A DNA stretch of 63,227 nt, the filler included, from Saprolegnia diclina VS20 (Eukaryota): NCBI RefSeq assembly GCF_000281045.1. It is 8 parts of 4 records of this genome, joined end to end, with 100 filler letters (N's around TTAATTAATTAA, not from the genome) between each part and the next. Parts side by side here need not be neighbours in the genome. Positions count along the whole stretch, not along the records: positions 23,524 to 47,383 come from NW_008246115.1; 7 more parts are not named here. The stretch is one strand, 5' to 3'. This document shows, one piece after another, positions 32,604-43,600 of this stretch. Position numbers and translations under genes: made by a program. The first letter of the stretch is position 1, and the number at the start of each line of letters is the position of its first letter. The notes beneath the pieces were generated by a model. It saw only the letters and a list, made by a program, of their open reading frames with translations, searched no databases and was not told the origin of the DNA.

Positions 32604-34853
32604 TTACGAGCCAAACGCGTCATACCAGTTTGCTTGCGCAGAGAACGAGTAGTGCACCGACTGCGAAAAGACGACCGATAAGCCCGAGCCAATAGAGAAT
32701 GCAAGTCCGATCAGCCGCGCCATCGAGAGCTCGACGCCCCAACTAATCCGGTCGTCGTTCTGTCCGACCTTCTCGATGAGGCGCGTCACACACGCCATCA
32801 AGCTCAGTCGATCCTTCTTGGAGCGCGTCTCCGCGTCGAGATGGAGCTTGAGCAGTACATCATGGAGCATCGCCTCGTGATTGGCTTGAATGTCGAGCGC
32901 ATTGGCCAATGGCAACATAAATACTAGTGTCGAGAGCGACCCCAGCAGCGTCAAAATCAGCAAATAGTAGCCGGGCAATGGCGCGTCACCGCTGATGCAG
33001 TAAATGACAAGACCGCCGACCGCAACCGCAAGTTGAACGAGCGCAATCGACATGAGCGCCGACACAAACTGCGTGTAGACAGCAACGACCTTGAGCACAC
33101 GGCAGCGCAATTTGTACCAGACATTCAGATTCTGGTGCAGCGTCAGATCCACATGGAGTTTCTTTTGCGACTTTGTTTTCTTGGTCGGACGAGCTGCGTT
33201 GTCGTCGTCGTCGGGTGGCCGTGTAAGCGAGTCGAACTGGAGCCAGAGCGACCAGATCTGGAGCGACGAATACCCGACAATGCCAGCCACAACGTACATC
33301 TGGACGCAATACTTGATGAGAAGACAGAACGGCAGCCCGTTGCGTTGGGAGCCTCCGAATTGATCGCGGATCGACGGCCGCGCGTACGTCGATGTGTACA
33401 AGAGTCGCAAGCCACCGACGTCGTCGCATGTTGAGAGGTTAAAGAAGCGCGCGCGCAGCGTGAGCTTCTCAGTCATGTCGGGCGGCTGAAACGACACAGA
33501 GTTGGGGCCAAGTGTCACCACGTCCAGCGTGCCCACCGAGAGCGCTGTAAAGGTGACCTCGTCCTCAGTAAATGGATCGGCAAACCCGATCACAATGGTC
33601 GGAAGTCCGTTCATATGACTTGGCGTCGGCGCCACAGCCAAATTCCACACCGCGCGGATCGAACCGTCGTCGTTGACGTCGCAAATATCCGAGAGATTGC
33701 CGTTTACGGTGTAGTTGACGTTGGCTGGAATTTGCAGCACCGAGTCCAGTGGGATCAGGAACGACGTCGACGGGGCCACATGCGTGACCCACGAATGCAA
33801 GAGCGCGCCGTTGAAGATCACGACGACGTTGATTGCGACCCACAGCGCAACATGCACGAGGTACACTTGGCATCGCTTGGCCACACGCGTGGCAAAGACG
33901 GTCGGGGCCGGGTCGTCTGCGAACGGCTGGCCGTCCTTGTCGACAAAAACCAAGCTATTGACATCCCCACTGACGTTGGCGATGAGAAACGTGTTGGGTA
34001 GCGACGCGTAGAGATGCTCGGCGTACCCGACGCCACAGATGGGCACCATGGTCAGCACGATGGCCCAAAACAGCTGCTCCCACCAGCTTCGACGCATGAG
34101 CGCAAAAACAGGCGCCAGCGGTTGACGCAAGGACGAGCGTCGTCGGGCCTCAGAGAGTCGTTGGTCGGGGACCGCCATCGACTTGCGGATCGGTGACGAT
34201 GCATAAATGATATTGAGCAATAGAAAGTAGACCGTGTAGACTTCCAGAAGGGCCCAAAACCACGCTTGGGCCGCGTACTTGCAGTTGAGTACGATCGCAA
34301 CATACACAAACCAAATGTACACGCAGCCAAAGAAGCACTGCGGGTGCGAGACCGCCGCCATGACCCAATGCAGCCGATCGTGCCACCGCGGTGCGTACGT
34401 GGCCTCGGGCAGCGGGCGACGCTTGAGCCATCGATGGTAGTAGATCCATGGCAGCGGCCAAACCACCACGAGAACGCAGAGGTAGAAGAGGTACTCGGCC
34501 GAGTCCTTCATGATGGCTTCGTACTTGTCGAGCTTGGCGTCGCGGTCCGAGTGCTTGAACGACTTGATCGTTGAGAAACGGCGCACAGGCGACGCCACTG
34601 GGTTGCCGTCAAGCGCCGCAAAGCAGCTTGCACAGTAGAGCTTGCCTTTGACACACATGGCACTGGTCGCGTCAAGGGCTACTTGGCGCCATTGCACGCG
34701 GCAGCTCTCACCTTGGCAGTAGACCGTACGTGTTCCATCCGGCGCGACTGGTTCGTGCGGCGCGAGTATCCCGCGATCAATGTTGTCGGTGCGATCGATC
34801 GCGACGACGATTTGGTCGTCCTCGGCCGACGACGGTTCAACGGCGGGCTTCAT
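32604..34853 (-). CDS. Multi-pass membrane protein, subfamily A
   Basis: ATG at 34853 (MKPAVEP). YCQGESC...YCASC, LHWVMAAVSHPQC, NLNVWYKLR and DDRISWGVELSMARL. Confidence 0.85.
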   Translation of the reverse strand: MKPAVEPSSAEDDQIVVAIDRTDNIDRGILAPHEPVAPDGTRTVYCQGESCRVQWRQVALDATSAMCVKGKLYCASCFAALDGNPVASPVRRFSTIKSFKHSDRDAKLDKYEAIMKDSAEYLFYLCVLVVVWPLPWIYYHRWLKRRPLPEATYAPRWHDRLHWVMAAVSHPQCFFGCVYIWFVYVAIVLNCKYAAQAWFWALLEVYTVYFLLLNIIYASSPIRKSMAVPDQRLSEARRRSSLRQPLAPVFALMRRSWWEQLFWAIVLTMVPICGVGYAEHLYASLPNTFLIANVSGDVNSLVFVDKDGQPFADDPAPTVFATRVAKRCQVYLVHVALWVAINVVVIFNGALLHSWVTHVAPSTSFLIPLDSVLQIPANVNYTVNGNLSDICDVNDDGSIRAVWNLAVAPTPSHMNGLPTIVIGFADPFTEDEVTFTALSVGTLDVVTLGPNSVSFQPPDMTEKLTLRARFFNLSTCDDVGGLRLLYTSTYARPSIRDQFGGSQRNGLPFCLLIKYCVQMYVVAGIVGYSSLQIWSLWLQFDSLTRPPDDDDNAARPTKKTKSQKKLHVDLTLHQNLNVWYKLRCRVLKVVAVYTQFVSALMSIALVQLAVAVGGLVIYCISGDAPLPGYYLLILTLLGSLSTLVFMLPLANALDIQANHEAMLHDVLLKLHLDAETRSKKDRLSLMACVTRLIEKVGQNDDRISWGVELSMARLIGLAFSIGSGLSVVFSQSVHYSFSAQANWYDAFGS

Positions 34854-35172
34854 GAAGGGAGTCTTGGGCTCCCTGCGAATTGTCGACTTGTGCAAACGAC
34901 GAAAATGTACCACGGCGCCGATTGCCAAGCTTCCGGGATCGACTGGATACCAATGGGATATTCCATGTTTCGGTGGCGCGGACACGAGGTGTCGGGGGTT
35001 TCAAGTCGAAAGGTCAAATTCGAACAAAAGTTCGTCATGCTGGCCCCACAGGCTGCCACGTGGAATAGTCGAACAACAGATGGCGACGGGTCGGACAAGC
35101 GCAAGCGAACGCTTGGCGCCTTGACGTTTGCCGATCATTTCGATCCCATCCGACTCGACGCCGCAACCCGCG

Positions 35173-37499
35173 ATGCCATCGTCCGACGTCGACGCCGCTG
35201 GCGACAACGAAGGCGTAGAGGCGACATTGCCCGACACCGCCGAGGTGGCCACGGAGTCGCGTTCCCAATGCATCCATGAAGAAGGTCCGACACTGACAGA
35301 GGTGAACCATCACACCGACGCCATCCCGCGTTTGATCGAGCCTCCAATTCACTCTGCAGAGCCGCCAATTCCGACGGCTAGGACACCACAAGATGGTACG
35401 AGCGCCGGGGTTTCGGTGTGCAGTGGCACCTGCCGATTGACGTGGGAGCCATCGAGTATTGCCGGCACCGTATACGTTCTCTCCAAGCGCGGCAAAGATG
35501 TCGCGACGCTGTGTGCCGCTTGCTATGCCTCGTCCAAGCTGACGCGCCGTGACGACATCACCGTCACGACGCGGGTGGCGGCCAGCACACACTCGTCGCT
35601 TGGCGAGTCCAGTCGCGACAAGCTCGAAGCGTACGCTGACGTTGTGCACCGGTGGACGACCGATGGCCCGTGGATCGCTGGTATCCTCGCCTTGGCACCT
35701 TTGGCCATTCTGCTACTGGTGTTGGCCGACAAGTGCCAAGTGTCGTCGTCGGCCTTGTCGTGGCCGCTGGCTCGACCTTTGAACATTTGGCGGACGCTGC
35801 GAAAATGGCCCATGTTTGTCTTTGGCCTCTACCTCGCGGGCGTCTTTGTGGCGCTGATTCTTACGAGTCCGTTTGTTGCGCAAGTTTGGTTTTGGGGCAT
35901 CACTGAGTTTTACTCGGTGGTGTTTTTTGTCGTGTACCTCGTGGACCCGCCGACAAAACATATGGCGCGCTGGCGCGCCTTTCTCAAGCCGCTGAGTGCC
36001 ATCTTTGACGTGCAAAGTCGATTGAACGATGTCGATTCGGATGCGCTCCTCGTGCAGTTTGCGGCCGCCAAAGATGAGATTGACGTGACGAGCTTGCAGT
36101 TTGTGGCGATCGACGGCACGCCGATCCCGTCGTCGCACGTGGCCGCGGCCTTTGTCGCCCCCTCGATCAAGCGCCATGTCGCGAGCGGCCTCGCCATTCC
36201 GCGGTACTGCATTCTGCTTGCTATCGTCGCCACACTGAGTTACAACGCGCCGTTCTTGCTCGCGTGGCCATCGGGCGCGACACTGGTGCCATCGATGGTG
36301 CCCGGTGTCGACGGTCTCGTCATCTCACCGGCGGACACAATATACCGCGTCTCGTGGTCCATGGGGTATTGCCAGAATGTCTCGGAGACGGCGGTTGACG
36401 CCGACATCAACTTTTTCATTTCGCCGCTGCCCGACATGGGCCGCCCCGAGCTTTCCTTTGGCTTTACATTAGAGAGAGAAATGGACGTTGAGTTTGAGAT
36501 CATCTCGGCGTGGAACCTGCAGCTCCAACGCGAGCATAGGCGCAATGCAACACTCGTTCTTGCCAAGGACCAAGGCACACTCAGCTTTCTCGCGCGACTC
36601 GCAACCAGTTGCAGCCAGTTGACCAACGCGGGTTTGAGTTGGAACATTCAGTACGACCATGTTTCGCTCAAGGGATTTCTTGGGTACGTCCTCAAGTACT
36701 TGGTCGTACCAGGCGTCGTGCAGTCGCTCCTCGCGGCCAAGTACGTATTCCAAATTCTATACATGACGCTGCTCCTCATTCGAAGTTCGCTCAAGATTTG
36801 GTCGCTCTGGCTGCACTTTGACTCGATCACAACCATTGGCTTTGACTGATGGAATATGGCCGCGCGGCCATTGCCCTCATCGACGGCGGCAACCTCGAAG
36901 CGTGGTTCACGCTGCGCAACGGCGTGCGGGCCGCCACTGCATTTACCGTCGAGTTCTCGACTGTCTTTATCCAATGTGCGATGCTCCAATTTGCGTGGAC
37001 GTCGACGGGTGTCCTTATCTACTGCGTCACGGGCAGCGCGCCGCTGCCAACGTACTTTTTGCTCTTGATGGGTCTTGTCGGGTCGCTCTCGACCTTGGCC
37101 ATGCTTGTGCCGTTGGCGGCCGCCCTCGACATTCAGCGCAAGCACGGCACCATGCTGCGAACGCACCTGCTCGAGCTCGAATTTGCCCGCCGCGACGCTG
37201 TCTTGAGCGGGACGGACGCCGGGTTTGACGATCGCATTGCGCGGTTTGAAACCATCATTGATGCGGTCGACAACCACGACGCGCGCATGACGTTTCTTTG
37301 GATGGAAATTTCGCTAGCACGCCTCGCAACCGTCGGTGCGACCTTGGCGTCGCTCGTGTCGTACATTGCTTTTCACGCTGTCCCGTTTACGTGGGCAGGC
37401 CTCAACGGCTACAACGTGGTGCAGAATCAAATGTGGGCAAGTTCGCTCGACCCGAGGAGCAACACACCCGAGGCCGTGCACGGAGTGATTTTCAACTAG
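35173..37499 (+). pseudogene. Multi-pass membrane protein, subfamily B, split by a frameshift at about 36845
   Basis: ORFs 35173-36849 and 36849-37499 are collinear with the N- and C-terminal parts of 27568-29538. The junction is TGATG with no GT-AG intron. Could be a sequencing error. Confidence 0.75.
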
Positions 37500-37899
37500 T
37501 CGGAGCAGCTACGTATGCGACGTCTTTCTTTGTGCAATAACGAAGATAACGTGGAACACGTTCATATGTCTATATATATATTGATGTAGCATAGGTGACA
37601 ACACTGCGTTGTGCTGGCAGGACGCAACTATAGTGCGATTTCTTGTCCTTCAGATCGGCAAGTTGTTTATGATAGTTACTGCGCTCCATCGTCTTACTCG
37701 TGTGTACTGCCATGTATGCGTAGTATACCTCATTGAGCTCGACCGGGAGCGCGTGGATACGACATATACTCTCGACCGATACTCGTTGACAAGTGCTACC
37801 GGTACCTAGGACACGAGCGCCGCTGGAAGAAATTGCCACAGGTTGAGTATCCTCGAGCTCAAACGAATATTTTCTCTTTTCGCACTCGACAACCGACTG

Positions 37900-37967
37900 A
37901 CAATATTGTCATTCGCAACGATCACTATATATTTTTCTATAGTGATCGTTGCGAATGACAATTTTGT
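37900..37967. repeat. Long hairpin / inverted repeat (25-bp perfect arms, 8-nt loop)
   Basis: ATTGTCATTCGCAACGATCACTATA (37905-37929) and its exact reverse complement (37938-37962); extends 5 bp further with one mismatch. Confidence 0.95.
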
Positions 37968-38041
37968 TCCCACGACTCAACCAAGATTTCAGCTATAGTG
38001 CATTGACTGTCGTCGTTGTTGGTTTATGGTTCCATTGCAAG

Positions 38042-39562
38042 TTACTGTGACGCGGCGCGCGGCGACTCGAAGATGCCGGGCGACGACTGCACAAGCTGGT
38101 GCCGCTCGACGAGGTCTTCGATGGACGAAGGTAGCTCGTTCAGGTCCAACTTGAGAGTGACGTTCTGGCACGCGCCGAGCGTTCTCAGAAGAAGCGCCAC
38201 GGACGCCGTCGTGAGGCAGTTGTTGTGCAATTGGAGCGTCAGCAAGAGAGTGTTGCGGCCCGAAGCGAGGGCAGCGGCAAGCACAAAAATGACCGCGTCC
38301 GTTAACTCGGTATTTTCAAGCACGAGCTCCTCGAGACCACGCGCCATCCACGCAGGAAGCTCCTTTGCCAGCTTCACGAATCCAGCTGCCCCGAGCCGGA
38401 CAGTACCAAAGCCGACGGTTGTCAAGCAGCGCGAGGTCGAGAGCCACTGGATCAACTTGGCCCCGTCACGAGGCCTATCAAACGTAGCGTTGTGGACGAT
38501 CACCGAGGACAACTGCCGCCAGACACCGGTTGCTGTGAGTGGGGAAACGTGCATTTAGTTGAGGAACAGACTCTTAAGGGACGAGTACGCTGCCAGATCG
38601 TTGAGAATCGCCGTGTCAGGCACCTCTTGATCTTCATCGCCTTCGTTCCACTGGAAGTTCCGGTCCACAGAGACCGTGTGCACCCGTGTTGGAACTAGTT
38701 TTCGGAGCAAACCAAGCGCCACGTCACTTCGGAGACGCGGGACGCGCACCATGAGTACCGTGATGTGGTGCAAGCTCTTTGGCGATGCCGCCAAGGCTTC
38801 CTGGACGTCGAGTACGTCTTTGAGGTCTAAGGCCGACAACGTCGAGCTCGATTCAATCGCGCTGGCGAGCGCCGTCGGGTCGCGGACGCTGTCGCACGAA
38901 AGCGAGAAGCACGAGGCGTTCGGTCCTTGCAGCCACGCGACGATGGCAGTGGTGTCGACCATACGACAGCGCCCAGCGTCCACCGTGAGTATATCCAAGT
39001 GCTTGGTCGACAGAGCAGACAAGCACACAGCAATGTCTTCCGGCGTCGTCTGTGAGCTCTCGATTGCCACGTCTTCCACATTGACGCAGCGCCCAAGGAT
39101 ATCGGGGATCGCGTCATGACCAAGCAGATTGCCTGGAATTGTCAGTTCGATGACATTGTCGCCCCACACGTGCGAAAAGGCGGTGTGGTTCCCCGGGACA
39201 GACAGGTCCACGGCCAGCGACACGCGCATCGTCGGTGGCAGCGTGGCACCCAGCCACGCAAGCGCACGAAAGCCAGCGTCCACTGTGAGACTGACAAATG
39301 CTGGCAGCGCATCGATGGCGAGGCGAGCATACTCGAAGGGCACGTCGACGACACGCACGGTTGGCCAGTGCTTGGCGAGGTCGACGACGGCGCCGAGGTC
39401 ACGAAGGGCCACAAGCTCGGGTGGCAGCGTTGACGGTGGGAGCGCTGCAAGGTACGCGGTCACGTCAGCTCCATTGTCTACCATACGAAGGATGGTATGG
39501 AGCACGACGCATGGCAGGCTCACCGAGCTTGTTGTCGTGGGCAGGCAGATGCGCTTCGCCAT
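38042..39562 (-). pseudogene. RNI-like leucine-rich repeat protein with an in-frame premature TAA at 38555-38557
   Basis: ORFs 38555-39562 and 38042-38554 are contiguous in one frame. Family N-terminal motif LPPELVALRDLGAVVDLAKHWP and LRR motifs LEELVLENTEL, LTLQLHNNCL. Confidence 0.8.
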
Positions 39563-39744
39563 CCTCGGACTGCGAGCAAATGTGGTCAGTTCTTAGATGT
39601 TCCCGCCTTTCAAAATGTATTTTTAGCCCGATATGATGGCGTCCGATTGGTTCACCTCGTCGTATCCGGCGAGGTGGCATGTATCCGGATTGTCAAAGAA
39701 TTGGGTTGTCCGAGCCCACAAGGACGCGTACAAGCAGCTGCAGC

Positions 39745-42131
39745 ATGGCGTTCCTCGCCGACCTCAAGCGCAGCAATGGCAAGGCCAACCCGTTGCTCAG
39801 CGGCGGCGTGGGCATGGGCAACCCGAGCCGCACGGTGGACTCGCTCAAACTCGCGGAGCGGTGGGAGGAGCGCCGCCGCCTCGGCCTCCCAAGGGAGCCC
39901 GCCACGTCGGCGATCGAGATCTTGCTCGAGCTCGAGGCCAAGCAGGAAGAGGATGAGCGCCTCCGCGGCCATGTCATGGACGACGACGACGCGCCGCCAA
40001 TACCCGACCCACGCAAAGCGGCGTCACGCAACGATTCTGTGCAGCAGATGCGAAGATCCTCCGAGGTACTAGTAGGCAAGAAGAGTCTGCCGCCGGCCAA
40101 GAACCCGACGCTTGAAGAGATGATGAAGTGTCGGCAAGCTACAGCCGGCAGCAGCGCGCCGCCCCGCAACGCAACGCTCGAGAAGATGATGATGACGCGC
40201 AATGCGTCCAAAGGCGGTGACGCGTCCAAGAAGCTGACGCTGAAGGATGCAATGCGGGAAGCGATGACGATGAAGCGGGCCCCACGGACTGTTGGGGCGC
40301 CATCTCCGATCGTTGAAGAAGCGCCGACATCGCGCAACGCCATGCTAGAAGCCATGATGAAGAAGCGAGCTGCAACGGTCAACGAGCCACCGGCACCTAC
40401 ACCGCCCGCACCCACGCCGCCGTCGTCTGGTGGGAGCATGAACACTATGCTCGAGGAAATGATGAAGATGCGGGCACCACCGGTGGCGCCAGCTTCGGGA
40501 GGCGATGGCAAGACCGCCGTGTTTGCAGACGCTGCAGCGCTGCCCCTTGGCGTCGGTGCAGATACGTCGGTATGACTAAAACGGCATGTCGTTGGCTCTG
40601 TCTGAAGCCGTATACACTGTAGGATGGGCCCTCGGTGCTGCACAATGCTGCGACCCTCCCCGACTGCGACGACTTGACCTTGCCGCAAGCCATTTTGAGA
40701 GCACCGGGCTTCGACATCAACCAAATCGATTCCGTAACGCTGCGTCGTCCACGCAAAAGGCTATACATATTGCTATGTGCTAGGAGGGCTACACGGCTCT
40801 TGGGCGAGCGGTGAAAGATGGTCACGATGCGCTTGTCGACCGTCTTCTCGATGCTGGCGCCGATGTTTCGATCCAACTGCCGGTACTTCATCCGCATGGC
40901 ACTACGTATATTTATGCTATTTGCAATGACAGAACAAACAAACCGTCTTGGCTACCGCGGTCAAGTACGGGCATCGCAACATTGCGCAAGCTCTGTACGA
41001 ACGCGTGTACCCAGGCCCTGCACAGGTACTCGTAGCTCTGGATCCCTTGCGCTCACAAGCTTTTTTGTGAATGCACCATGTAGGCATCTCCCAGCGAATT
41101 TCAGCTGGGCGGGCTCGTCGCTCGGCAAGACAATGGCGTCAGCGTCTACAAGGCTATATACAAAGGCACGGCCGTCGTGCTCAAAGGTCCTCGTAACCCA
41201 AACCCCCGTCTCGCGACAGCGATGCGCCACGAAATCGACGAAATGCAAACGTACTTTGATCATCCACTCGGATTTTCTTGATACATTGATATTTTCCATA
41301 TGTAGGTGCACATCGCCGTACGTTCTGCCGCTGCTTGCGGTCCTCGACAATGGTTCCCGCGACCCACTGTTTACGTCGGACGACGGCACGGCGTTGTTGT
41401 TCAGTCCAATTTTGGTCATGGACTTTATGGACGGTGGCGACCTCTTGGATGCACTCCAGATGACTCGTCCCGGCGACAACATCCCGCTTGGCGTCTCGAC
41501 CATCGATGCTCCTTCCCACGTCTCGGCCATCGATGTTGCTCTCGTGCTCGCCTACGCGCTGGCGGATTTGCACGGCCTCGGCAAGATGCATCGGGACATC
41601 AAGAGCCTCAACATCTTTTTATCGTCGACGCACTACATTCGCCTCGCTGACCTCGGGTCGGCGAAGACGTTGGGCGCCGGCTTGATGACGTCCAACACAG
41701 GCAGCCACTTGTGGATGGCACCCGAGGTCGTGCGCATCGGCCTTGGCGGCAACGGACCTGGGTACGGTCCACCCGCGGACATTTACTCGTTTGGCGTCGT
41801 CCTTGCCGAGCTCGACACGCGCGAGGCGCCATACGCCGACGTCAGCGAGCAACGACTCATTCCGGAACGAGTGCGCACTGGCAGTCTTCGGCCGAAATTC
41901 AGCGCCACGTGCGCGCCGTGGCTCAAGGCGCTTGCCAATGAGTGCTTAGAGCAGGACCCAACCGAGCGCCCGACAGCCGAAGATGTAATCGCAACACTCC
42001 TCGCCCACCGCCACGAGGGTGCGAGTGTGCAGCCGTCCACGCAGCGTGCGACGACTGAGGAAGCGGACGGGACCAAGGTATCGTCCACGTACGACGGTAC
42101 CTCAAGGACAGGTTGTCATGCTCGAGCGTAG
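39745..42131 (+). CDS. Multi-exon protein: repeated LEEMMK/Pro-rich N-terminus, ankyrin repeats, TKL kinase
   Basis: Exon 1 carries LEEMMK-type repeats. Ankyrin exons (SVLHNAA; GYTALGRAVKDGHDALVDRLLDAGADV). Kinase motifs VVLK, MHRDIKSLNIFL, ADLG, GSHLWMAPE and DPTERPTA. Joining these into one gene is inferred from GT-AG introns. Confidence 0.72.
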
Positions 42132-42379
42132 GCTGCGTAGCGCATTCGGCACAGCGCGACGACAAGCAGCCACGGCCTGGCGAGCGAGTGAAGAAGAAGG
42201 AGATTGCTCGTCTCTACGATTGCGAAGTCGCGGAACAACGAAAATAACGCGGACATTGGCAGGCCAGACTTACGATTCCAAATTTGGACCCTTGCCGACC
42301 CAAGCCGGGACAATGTTAAGACCACCCGACCGCACAAAGTTCTTATAGGGCGTTGAAGTGTTGATAGATTGATATGCGA

Positions 42380-42865
42380 GTTATCGCGTTGACCCAAAGT
42401 CGACTCCGTATTGGTCGAGAGCATGGACCTTGAGCGTATGCAAATGCGTGGTCGGGATCGCCGCCAAGTACGTAGCCGTCGCGTCAGTTTGGACGTTGAC
42501 GCGCGCAAGGACGTCACGGATCGCGTTCGGCTCAAGTATCGCTTCGTTTGACAAGGACATTCGTGACGCGGTCGCCCGAGACGTAGGCAAAAGTGCCATG
42601 GGTTGCAGGGATCCGACGGGTCCATCCCACCGACCTCGCCGAGCATTGGCCGGTCGTGCACGTAGCCAAGATGCTGATCCAGCACGCTCGCCTTGCTATT
42701 GAGGTCGCGAAGCGCGACGAGCTCGGGCGGCAGCGTCAAGCCCGGCAGCGCGTTGAGCAAGGCGAGTATATTGCGCGCAACGTCCAGCGTCTTAAGAAGG
42801 CCACGCAGTACGACGCCTGGCAGGCTCAGTGAGGTGGCGCGGACGCGGACGTGCTTTGTCCAAAA
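42380..42865 (-). pseudogene. Decayed RNI-LRR family copy with an internal inversion
   Basis: SLPGVVLRGLL...LTLPPELVALRDL on the minus strand; the next conserved block is on the plus strand; remnant DVLARVNVQ...TAtYLAAIPTTHLHTL follows. Confidence 0.8.
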
Positions 42866-43600
42866 CAGAAAGGCCAACTACCCTTTATATTCTATATATC
42901 GAATTCTACAGTGATGACGTGGCGCGTGGTCAGGCATGTTGCGTGACACGACAACAGTGCGCCATTTCACACGTCCAATGGAGTCGTGTTAGTGAAACAC
43001 TGCGGTGACCTCAATGCATCAGTCATAGCTACGTGCCTTCGCGCAGGCCCAGGATGGGTTAGAAGGAATGGCTGGTGGGTAGCTCCCGTATGCGCCGTGA
43101 TCTTGAGGCATGCAACTTGCTTGAGTCGCTGTTCAGTCTTATACGTCACCAGCGTCTAGAGACCATGAAATGCCCTCCAGTCGAGGCGCCAAAATTATCT
43201 TTGCTGAGCTCATTGATTAGCTCGCGACGTCGCAACGTTTGTTGCCTTTAAGCATTGCGAGGCCACGACCCCACGCATGAGCTTGACTGCGTCATTGGGC
43301 GTGTCGACCGTGGACCTCAGACGCACAAAACGTTGGCGAACGGCACGCAGACGTCAAGACAATATACGACCGTAGGCTAACGAGATGTAGATTCTGATGC
43401 GGGGGACACTGAACGAGCGCTAATATATATGTTAATCATACCTACCTTTTGTTCCGTTAAATCAACTGCCACGATGACGTCGTGCGCGTCGGCGACATGA
43501 ACGTGCCCGGCGCAAGGTACTGGAGATTGTGTTCGCTTACGAGCTGTTGCAGAGCGCCTTCGTCCCGATTGCGTTGGTCGCCAGCCGGCAACGCAAACGA

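Noticed and set aside
38555..38557. Programmed stop readthrough or selenocysteine in the LRR gene
   Set aside because: The codon is TAA, no recoding signal is visible, and neighbouring paralogs are also disrupted, so simple pseudogenisation or error is more likely.
39693..40724. 343-aa minus-strand ORF
   Set aside because: Shadow of the repeat-rich plus-strand exon.
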